Below, piece after piece: positions 1 through 8,100 of a stretch of DNA of 44,653 nucleotides; position 1 is the first letter of the stretch, and every line of letters begins with the position of its first letter. Origin of the DNA: a virus (Duplodnaviria; Caudoviricetes); IMG/VR virus record IMGVR_UViG_3300009706_000019, positions 1-44,653 of that record; one strand, 5' to 3'. A model generated the notes under the pieces. That model did no database searches. It had not been told where the DNA came from and saw only the letters and a program-made list of their open reading frames with translations. The position numbers were made by a program, and so were the translations under genes.

Positions 1-101
1 GAAGTTGCGCCATCGGGAATCGACATAATTTTTACATTACCATCCCCCGAATCAAAACTAATTTGACCGGCGGTTCCTCCATACGCTCCAACTATTGCCA
101 T
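1..101 (-). CDS. Partial ORF running off the window start; probable virion structural protein (MAIVGAYGGTAGQISFDSGDG...)
   Basis: ATG at 101, 3 nt after the stop of the 105..401 ORF; open to position 1; translated by hand, not in the ORF track. Confidence 0.6.
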   Translation of the reverse strand, partial: MAIVGAYGGTAGQISFDSGDGNVKIMSIPDGAT

Positions 102-104
102 TGT

Positions 105-401
105 CTAGCTCCTCGGGTCAATAGAGACAACGCCATAAAGCAGTTCGGGGGTCGCCGCTGTTGATTTTGCAGTTGCCGATTTAATACCAAGCGGGGCAAT
201 CGTAAATTCTGCGATATGGGAGTTTCCCGATCCCTTGGGGGCTAGTCGGTAATACTCGCCAGCAGCGTGTAGCCCTTCCACGTTTATATCAATCGAATTT
301 GACGAATCATTATTAACGCATCGAATCGTAGTTACGCCGTCAGCATCGGAAAAAAATCCCGCTGCCGCTGTTGACGTTGTGAATGTGCCGGCGGTTGCCA
401 T
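105..401 (-). CDS. Hypothetical protein, probably virion-associated
   Basis: Tightly packed in the late operon; Ala/Thr/Gly-rich, beta-like sequence; GGAG upstream. Confidence 0.6.
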   Translation of the reverse strand: MATAGTFTTSTAAAGFFSDADGVTTIRCVNNDSSNSIDINVEGLHAAGEYYRLAPKGSGNSHIAEFTIAPLGIKSATAKSTAATPELLYGVVSIDPRS

Positions 402-405
402 CTTG

Positions 406-645
406 TTAGTCTCCGTTTGTTTTTTTTATTTGTTTAACAATCCACGAAACATCATTAGCAATTTTAATTAAAAGATTTTCATTCTTATTTACATCGTGTT
501 CAACAGCCGCTAACCTTGCTTCGTGTTTATTTAGTTGGTGTTGGCTTACACCGTAGCTAGCCGAAATAGAAGCAAGAACTACCAAAACAGTGAACACAAA
601 AGCAAGCATCTCCCCGTTTAATAATCGAAACGATTTAGCTGACAT
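406..645 (-). CDS. Small membrane protein (single TM helix plus coiled coil; holin/XhlA-like architecture)
   Basis: Hydrophobic LAFVFTVLVVLASISA followed by heptad-like HEARLAAVEHDV...IANDVSWI. Confidence 0.55.
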   Translation of the reverse strand: MSAKSFRLLNGEMLAFVFTVLVVLASISASYGVSQHQLNKHEARLAAVEHDVNKNENLLIKIANDVSWIVKQIKKTNGD

Positions 646-651
646 GATGTA

Positions 652-1833
652 TCATCCTCGGCCTAAAATTTCTCGGATTGCTCTTTTTATATTTTCGGGA
701 TGGTTTGCGTTTACAGTTGCTTCGATCCCGCCGGGCGTAATTATTTTTACCTTGTCGTCGCTTACTTCAACGAAGATATCAAACTCGTCGTCGTATTCTG
801 GATAAACATCTAAAATTTCAACTCGACAACTCTGAGCAAGAAAATTTGCAATAACGTCCGTCTGCGCAGTAGCACCGCATATTCCAATTTGTAATTGATT
901 TGCAGGAGTTAAATCGCGAGGCATTTCTAGTTCCTCTATTATAGGGATTTGGCAGTTCCGTAGAACATCGTTTGCTGTCATGGAATTTGAACACCTAGAC
1001 CCCACCGCACAATGCGATTTTAAAGTTCTAGTAGGATATGCCCCCAACGCGGCATAACAATCTAATCCCCGCATCGATGGGTACATACCAATTACACTTT
1101 CGGAATCCGTAGTAAAGAATAAAACTAGCCCCTGGATGCCTAACAAACCGCAAACGTGCGCAAACCCTGAATCACATCCTATAAAATAATCTGCGGAATC
1201 TGCAATTTGTTCTACTTGCCAAACTAGATCATCGGAAGTGTCGCTTAATTTAGTTATTCTATCGTCAGAAAAACCGTACTCATCTTTGGTACCTATCCAC
1301 ACAACATGGTATCCCCAATCCCTCAACTTATATGCTACATTTTTCCATTTTGCATCGTCCCATCTTCTATTGGGGTTACTTGCGGATGGGTGAATGTGTA
1401 CTGATTTTTTATCTGTCTTGGATTTATCCTTCCGCAATATTGACTTAAATCTACCGGGACTTAAATTCAATCCGATGTGGTTACTTAATAATTCATAGTA
1501 TTTTCCCTTTCGTATTTCTTTTGAGTTGTTAATTGAAAATGCAAAATCGATAATAACTTCAAACGAGTTTCGTACTTGAATCTGATTTAGTTTCACGCCG
1601 GGAATAACCGTGTCAACGCCCTCTAATTTTTCGATTAGGGGGACATGATGAGGCATTACACAAGCGGTAATATGGCAATCCTTTTTTTTTAAGGCAAGTG
1701 CTGCGCCTCCCACTGCCATTAAAACATCACCTACACCCCCGGTCCACTTCAAGCAAATTTTCATACCGGTCCAATCGTCCGGTAGTTTGTAATTGGGGGC
1801 GTCCGTTTGTGGTAGCGTGTCGAATCCCCGCAT
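652..1833 (-). CDS. Glycosyltransferase family 9 (heptosyltransferase-like, GT-B)
   Basis: GGVGDVLM, HPSASNPNRRW and FIGCDSGFAH motifs; ATG at 1833 preceded by GGGGGA, while the track start at 1848 lies in the terminator U-tract. Confidence 0.85.
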   Translation of the reverse strand: MRGFDTLPQTDAPNYKLPDDWTGMKICLKWTGGVGDVLMAVGGAALALKKKDCHITACVMPHHVPLIEKLEGVDTVIPGVKLNQIQVRNSFEVIIDFAFSINNSKEIRKGKYYELLSNHIGLNLSPGRFKSILRKDKSKTDKKSVHIHPSASNPNRRWDDAKWKNVAYKLRDWGYHVVWIGTKDEYGFSDDRITKLSDTSDDLVWQVEQIADSADYFIGCDSGFAHVCGLLGIQGLVLFFTTDSESVIGMYPSMRGLDCYAALGAYPTRTLKSHCAVGSRCSNSMTANDVLRNCQIPIIEELEMPRDLTPANQLQIGICGATAQTDVIANFLAQSCRVEILDVYPEYDDEFDIFVEVSDDKVKIITPGGIEATVNANHPENIKRAIREILGRG

Positions 1834-1846
1834 ATATCCCCCACAC

Positions 1847-1888
1847 AAAAAAAGACTAGGCGGGACGTTAAAACGCGCCCGCCTAGTC
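1847..1888 (-). terminator. Intrinsic terminator after the major capsid gene
   Basis: GACTAGGCGGG-13 nt-CCCGCCTAGTC followed by T7 on the minus strand. Confidence 0.9.
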
Positions 1889-1918
1889 CTAAAATTGACG
1901 GACTTAGACTAGCTAAAA

Positions 1919-2923
1919 TTAACCAGTGTAATCGTTGCCGCTCATTGCCACGTTGTTAGCAATAACCGCAAGCTGACTATTTTCAACCTCGAAATCGACG
2001 CGGAAATGAATAGTCACTTCCCAAACATCGGCGCGGGGCTGACGATCAAACTCAATCGTGATGTCACGTTGGACAAAATAAATCAAGTTTTGAAGTGGCG
2101 TTAGCCAAATCTGCGAACCATCTACACCGGCTGTGCCATACGTCAAATCTTCGGGCATCAAGGGGACTTCCAACATAGGAATTCCCCAAGGGCCTGGAGC
2201 CAGTCCTTGACTCAAAGCAGAATCACCACCAGCAGTCTCGCGGTCACTCCAATCAAGTTTCCACTTGTCAAACGGTCCCGATGGAACCACCCAAACATAA
2301 TTAGGCTTGGCTGCCCGATAACGAGACGGAATCTGTCGCTTCATGTCGTAATACAAAACTTTAGAAGGCGCTGCGCCGGCAGAATCGATTTGCTGTGCAG
2401 CCGGAACGCGGCCAGTAAGAATGGATTTCCAACCATCATTTACACCAAGAAGATTATTCTCAGCAGTCTGGGCGTCACCAGTCGATAAAGAGTCATCACC
2501 TTCAATGGCAGCCAACTCCGTATCGATGGCAATTCTTTTTGAAAACATACTTAGAAGCGTGTCACGAATTCCGGCGCGCTCCAAATTGTCTTCCATGAAA
2601 TCGGTTTTCAGATCGAACGCACTACGATATTTTTCGCAGTCGTAAGTCACAACCGATTCAGTGGGGACTCGTGTTGATGCGCTGCTTGTGGTGTGCGCAC
2701 CTTCGGTGACAATCGTTCCAAGATCGAGTTTGTTGATTTCGCCTTTGTTACGATTGGTTCGTACCGTTCGGCATTTTGGTAAAAGTACAGACTCATTGAC
2801 AACGAGGTCAATAAATCGATTCGCTTGCTCCCGATTGAGAACGCTATTGGGCAAAGAGGACGAATCAACCGCGCTCTTGCTCATAAGTTCTCGCAGCGGA
2901 AGTTTGATTTCCATATTCGACAT
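1919..2923 (-). CDS. Major capsid protein (HK97 fold, XkdG/PBSX-like)
   Basis: Lies directly after the protease/scaffold and before a strong terminator; 334 aa; LNREQANRFID, DFMEDNLE, GIPMLEVPLMP and FRVDFEVE features. Confidence 0.88.
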   Translation of the reverse strand: MSNMEIKLPLRELMSKSAVDSSSLPNSVLNREQANRFIDLVVNESVLLPKCRTVRTNRNKGEINKLDLGTIVTEGAHTTSSASTRVPTESVVTYDCEKYRSAFDLKTDFMEDNLERAGIRDTLLSMFSKRIAIDTELAAIEGDDSLSTGDAQTAENNLLGVNDGWKSILTGRVPAAQQIDSAGAAPSKVLYYDMKRQIPSRYRAAKPNYVWVVPSGPFDKWKLDWSDRETAGGDSALSQGLAPGPWGIPMLEVPLMPEDLTYGTAGVDGSQIWLTPLQNLIYFVQRDITIEFDRQPRADVWEVTIHFRVDFEVENSQLAVIANNVAMSGNDYTG

Positions 2924-2962
2924 AAATCAAATCCCTTGTAAAAAACTTCCTGAAAAAACGGA

Positions 2963-4516
2963 CTAGGAAATTCCGCCTATGAATGGAAAGGCAGAATCAA
3001 AAACGGAATTGGGGTCGTGTCCGGCAGACTTTTCTACAGCCAACCTTTCATCTCTCCCAATATCATTGGGGGTAGCCTTGGACAAACCATCCGCAGTTTT
3101 AGCAATATCAACAACTTGATCTTGTGTAGATTTCAAGTTGTTGGCCAAAGCGTTAAGAACTCCCATAACTTCGTCGAAGTTGGCAGATTTTCCAACTTCC
3201 TGTTTTTCCTTTTCCGTTTCTTCTTTTCCGTTTTTTGCCTGTTTTTTAACAGGGGCTTTTTCCTCATCTTCCTCATCCTCATCCTCAACGGCAGCCGCTT
3301 TCTTTTTAGCTTTTTTGGCTACCGGCTTTTCGTCTTCGTCTTCTTCCTCATCTTCATCCTCTTTTGGCGGGAATGGATTAACAGCCTTCTCTACCAGAGA
3401 AGTCATACTCGTGCCCATTGCCGTTAGGGATTCGGTTAAGGATTCAAATACAGGAGCTAAGGCGGTGGCTACACCTTGTGCGGTTTTCTCTGCGAGAGAA
3501 TCGCCAAAGGAATCAAGGGCCTCCGCTTCTTTTGCAATATCTTCTTTTTGTGTATCGTCGGACATAATATCAGTATCCTTTGTGTTACTGTCTGGTGGGT
3601 TTAAGGTAGCGAGTTTTTCTGTTTCATCGGTACCTAAAGAACGTGTCGCCCAAGAAAAAGGGTCGATGTCTTGCTTCAGCGGTCCCGCAATCACGTGTAT
3701 CCCATCGGCCATTTTCACCGTTACAAGTCGGTTGGCGTCAAAGTCGGATTGCTCGCGCTGAAAACCGTAAAATGAACCGTTTTCATCTTTTACAGAGTCG
3801 GTTTGTAAATCGTGGGTGCGAAGGTATGCGAGTGCTATATCTTCGCTTTCATACTTACTTTTTTCTAGTCTTACGCAATACACATTTAAGGGGTGCTTGC
3901 GCCCTACTCCATCGGCTGATTTAACAACGACTGCTTGGGCAGAAGTTTGATCTGGTATGTGTGTTAAACTCACCTCATACAAATCAATGTCAGTCAAGAC
4001 ACGCTCGGTTCGTCCCACATCATTTACACGATATGCAACTGTCACCAAACCGCGCCAAGAAAAAGTAGCTAATTCTCCATTACGGACCATTTTTGCTACT
4101 TCGTCTACAGTAACATCGGCGACAACGAATAACCCACGATCCCCCGGTTTTAAGCTGGGGATTTGAGCCTTGGGAAATGTATTGACTTGTGATTTTGTTT
4201 TTAAGTCAACAACTCCCCATTCATTGTCGCTTTTGATATCTGCAATTTTAACCGCGTGCATTTGCGTAGGGCGGCCTGCTGCAATACCGTTACCGGAATC
4301 ATCCAACCAAAACTTATGATTAACCAACAAAGTTGGCGACACCATAAATTTCTCGATGTCAAACTCATCTGGCGGTACTACATCACCGCTTCTGTCTGAT
4401 TCACTTTTCTCTACAGATGCGAATCCTTTGACGACTGCCTTATTGGTTGAGTCATCATCCGATGAAAGCGCAACTGGGGCGGTTAAGTGTAAAAGTTCCC
4501 TTCCCGGTCTTGGCAT
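2963..4516 (-). CDS. HK97-family prohead protease fused to an acidic C-terminal scaffold
   Basis: VKGFAS..DRSGDVV, LLVNH (His), FSWRG (Ser), LYEVSLTHIP; acidic low-complexity tail; ATG 4516 preceded by GGAGAG. Confidence 0.88.
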   Translation of the reverse strand: MPRPGRELLHLTAPVALSSDDDSTNKAVVKGFASVEKSESDRSGDVVPPDEFDIEKFMVSPTLLVNHKFWLDDSGNGIAAGRPTQMHAVKIADIKSDNEWGVVDLKTKSQVNTFPKAQIPSLKPGDRGLFVVADVTVDEVAKMVRNGELATFSWRGLVTVAYRVNDVGRTERVLTDIDLYEVSLTHIPDQTSAQAVVVKSADGVGRKHPLNVYCVRLEKSKYESEDIALAYLRTHDLQTDSVKDENGSFYGFQREQSDFDANRLVTVKMADGIHVIAGPLKQDIDPFSWATRSLGTDETEKLATLNPPDSNTKDTDIMSDDTQKEDIAKEAEALDSFGDSLAEKTAQGVATALAPVFESLTESLTAMGTSMTSLVEKAVNPFPPKEDEDEEEDEDEKPVAKKAKKKAAAVEDEDEEDEEKAPVKKQAKNGKEETEKEKQEVGKSANFDEVMGVLNALANNLKSTQDQVVDIAKTADGLSKATPNDIGRDERLAVEKSAGHDPNSVFDSAFPFIGGIS

Positions 4517-4595
4517 TTGTAGTCTCTCCAAGGAATTGAAATTTCGCGATAAAGTCTACCGAAAAAGGAGAAAACACGCAACCGCAGATTCTTAG

Positions 4596-4611
4596 GTGCC
4601 TACGTCTGCAC
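4596..4611. promoter_or_regulatory. Degenerate copy (14/16) of the GTGCCTACGTAGGCAC palindrome upstream of the protease gene
   Basis: gtgcctacgtctgcac, intergenic. Confidence 0.4.
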
Positions 4612-4614
4612 ACA

Positions 4615-4782
4615 TTAAGGCCATTCAAAGGGGATTTCTAGCCTTATATTCTGCTCCCGTGCCTCCTTTATTTCAGATGCAAACCGGGCACGTTGTGATA
4701 GCGCCTCCTTAGTCGTAATCGAAGGTGGCTGATTAGTCATTGCCTCGATAAAAATTTTCTCGAGTTCTTCAGGCGATAACAT
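4615..4782 (-). CDS. 55-aa protein missed by the ORF track; paralog of 4785..4967; candidate Zeta antitoxin
   Basis: MLSPEELEKIFIEAMTNQPPSITTKEALSQRARFASEIKEAREQNIRLEIPFEWP*; starts 2 nt after the upstream stop; 16/50 ungapped identities to its neighbour. Confidence 0.8.
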   Translation of the reverse strand: MLSPEELEKIFIEAMTNQPPSITTKEALSQRARFASEIKEAREQNIRLEIPFEWP

Positions 4783-4784
4783 GA

Positions 4785-4967
4785 TTACTTATCCATCCCA
4801 TCGTGTGGAAAATCTAACACGTGCCCCTTTTTTCGGGCATCCTCCAAATCACGTTCAAATTCTTTTCTGAGGGCGCGGCCTTCGGGAGTTTTGATACTCA
4901 AAGGTTTTTTGTTTACAAGTTCAGTCAAGATAAGTTTCATTTCTTCCACGGTTAATTTAGTAGCCAT
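4785..4967 (-). CDS. 60-aa protein; paralog of 4615..4782; candidate Zeta antitoxin
   Basis: Translationally coupled to its neighbours; shares L..EE...I..E.....P.SI.T.E....R..F......AR.....L.. P pattern. Confidence 0.8.
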   Translation of the reverse strand: MATKLTVEEMKLILTELVNKKPLSIKTPEGRALRKEFERDLEDARKKGHVLDFPHDGMDK

Positions 4968-4968
4968 A

Positions 4969-5184
4969 TTATTTCTTCTTTTTCTTCCGCTTAGTTTTTC
5001 TTTTAGGTAAAGGTTTAGGGCGCTCCCCCAAATCAGCTATTCTTTGTTTTTTAAGTTGTTGAGTAGCTACCTCTAATGCAGCGAATAAAGGAGTTTCCAA
5101 ATCTTGACCCTGCCTTTTTTCATATTGCGCTGTTAAATATTGCCAATACTTTTTTTGACCTTCTTTTTTTTCCTTCTTATCCAT
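4969..5184 (-). CDS. Small basic hypothetical protein (candidate immunity/accessory gene)
   Basis: ATG at 5184, 1 nt after the stop of the giant ORF; Lys-rich ends. Confidence 0.6.
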   Translation of the reverse strand: MDKKEKKEGQKKYWQYLTAQYEKRQGQDLETPLFAALEVATQQLKKQRIADLGERPKPLPKRKTKRKKKKK

Positions 5185-5185
5185 T

Positions 5186-8100
5186 TTATAGCGCCCCCAT
5201 TTCTTCAACTTCTCGTAATTTACTCATTTTTTCAAACATAGAATAGGCTTCTCGATATTCTAGCTGTGCCTCTACTAATTCGTCGGCCTTACGCATAGCT
5301 GCTAGTTTCAGTGAAGCCGCATGTCTTCGCATAGCAACTACGTCTACGTGTAAATCATCTATAAGATATTCTAGCGCTTCTTCCGTTAAATCAAGTTCAT
5401 CGTCTGCGGCATCCGATAGTGAACTTGCAGACGATGCACTTTCAGCAGCCTGCTTGTATTTAAACCATGCTTTTTCCGCTTTGAGTTTAGCCGCCTCCTG
5501 CCGCGCTTGTAAAGCCAGTGCTTGTAAGCGTAGGTTTGAATTAGTGGCTGCCTCAATTGCATCTAGTACATCTTGCTCCATTTTTTTAAGTGCTGCGGCA
5601 AGGCTATCTTGCTCCGCTTGAATGCGTGCTTTTTCGGCCACCTCCGCCTTGGCTTGTTCTTCCTCAAGGGCCTGTTTCTTTATCTTAGCCAATCGTAATG
5701 ATTCTTCTTTTTTAGCCTTATCTTCTTCATTTTGTTTATGTTCTTCTTGTGCCTTTTTTTGTTCGGCAGCTTGTTTGTCTGCTTTTGCCTTTAAATCTTT
5801 TACTAGGGCCTCTTGTTTTTCTTTTTGTGTCTGCGCAAGTTTTGCATCATCTACCTTAGCGGCCTCTGCTTTTGTATGTGCGGTATCTAAATCTAATTTC
5901 TTTTTATCGGTAGCTACAACTACTTTTTCATCCAACTGTTTAACTTCTAACGCCCTATCCTTCGCCTTTTGTTCACGTAGTATTTTAGCCTTAACTATTT
6001 TGTCATCTTGAACTTTCCTTCTATTCTTTATAACTTGCAAACGCTCCCGTTTCTCGTGCGCCTTTTTAAGTTGAAGTTGCTTATGTAATTCCCTGCGCTG
6101 TAAATCTTTTTTAGCTTTAAGTGCGCGACGTTTAGACGCCTCAATTTCTTTTTGTACAGAATCTATATTTCGTGTAAGCCTTTTTTCCTCTGCAAGAGTT
6201 GTTTTTAGTGGCTTACCTCTACGATTTATTTCCGTAGCTTTTCTCTCCATTAAAGATTTCTGGTTACTTTCAATTGTGTTTATTTTTCGTGTGTTATCGT
6301 CGATGTAGATACCTTCTCTTTTAATGATACCATTCAATCGTTTAGTTTCCACGCTATCATCAACTCTTGCCATAGCTAAAGCAGCTTTTTCAGATACATT
6401 ATCCAATTGCCGGGTAGCCTGCGCTGCCGCCTTATTTGCGGCTACAAGATCATTTTGTGCTGCAAGTCCAGCCGCACGCAATTCTACAGCGTTGTCGTAT
6501 GCTTCAAGAAATTCGCTACCTTCGGGAGTAGTTATGCCGCGAACAATCGTTTTACCTTCAAAGTTTGATTCTACCGTTTCTATTAGTTTCGTGCCTACGC
6601 CCTGCCTCCGATATTGTGGATTTACACCAATGTATTTTATGTGTACTTCGTCACCCACTATTCGATAGTCTACCGCGCCGACCGCATTACCAACCGAATC
6701 CGTAGCTGATATTGTACCTGAGTGCCGCGTTGGGTGTAATAACCGTGGGTCCATATCACCGGGCGTTAAATCGTAAACATCATTTGACATTTTCAACTTA
6801 GCTACATTTATCTTTTCGATAGGTACTTCGGCAAGTATGGTCTGACCCTTGGCTAGCTTGCGATATGCAGCACGACTCACTTTCTCGCCTGCCGGTGTCA
6901 TTTTCCCCAACTTCATGTGGGGATTTTCTTTCATAAATCGCGCTAACAATTCAGACCCGATGCCTTGTCTTTGATTCGGCTTTGTTACCCATAAACCAAC
7001 AGACCCAAATTCGTTGGAGACTAATGCAATTGGAGTGTCGCCGTCAAAAACAACTCTGCTTTGGTCAAACTCAGGTACCCCTGCTTTTTTAATTTCATCG
7101 GGTGTCATTGATATGGGATTACCCTTGGCATCGCGCATTAGCTCACCGGTACTAGCATCCCCTTTGTTGTAACCTATTCGTTCGCCCGATGCTCTGACTT
7201 CATAAGTCTTGCCGTTCTTACCAACTATCTCACCAACCTTATCGGGATATTTTCCTCCAACACCGCGCTCAATGTTAATGTTTTCTAACGCCTCTGCCTT
7301 AGCTGCTTCGTAGGTATCATGTCGTCCATATTTCCGCACGCCGGTTTCATCAAAAACGTAATACTTCTTTTTGTTTGGACCTAGTTTTCCACCATACGTT
7401 ACGTCAAGATTATCGGGTAGTTCTGTTAGTGGCTCTACCTCTGGTCCTACTAAATGATCAAGCCCGCCTCCCCGTTCGGTGTCGGCGTAAGCATCGAATG
7501 GAATATCTCCCGTTTTATGCTTCTTCATAAATTCATCTTCGGTCATCCCTCCTGTTACTTTTGCAGCGGCGGCGTCATCGGCAGTAGACGCAACATTATC
7601 GGCTTGCTTTGCACCCGCCACATATCGGTTACGGCCAGCGTTTCTCGTCAACAGCTTGCGATAGGTAGCACGACTGGTGTTCTCGCCTGCCTGTGTCATT
7701 TTCCCTAACGTCATGTTGGGATTTTCTTTCATAAATCGCGCTAACAATTCAGACCCGATGCCTTGTCTTTGATTCGGCTTTGTTACCCATAAACCAACAG
7801 TGCCGGATTCGTCGGAGACTAATGCAACTGGAGTGTCGCCGTCAAAAACAACTCTGCTTTTATCAAACTCAGCTAACCCTTTTCTTTTAATTTCTTCGGG
7901 TGTCATTTTCAAGGCAATTCCGTCTCGACCGCGCACTAGCTCACCACTAGCATCTACTTTGGAGTAGCCTATTCGTTTGCCCGATGCTCTGACTTCATAA
8001 GTCTTGCCGTTCTTACCAACTATCTTACCAACAATTTCAGGGTATTTTTCTGCTTTTGATACCTCTGGTCCTACTAAATGATCAAGCCCGCCTGCCCGGT

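Noticed and set aside
3017-3761. Plus-strand ORFs with poly-Ser and Phe runs
   Set aside because: Mirror of the Glu/Asp/Lys-rich scaffold codons
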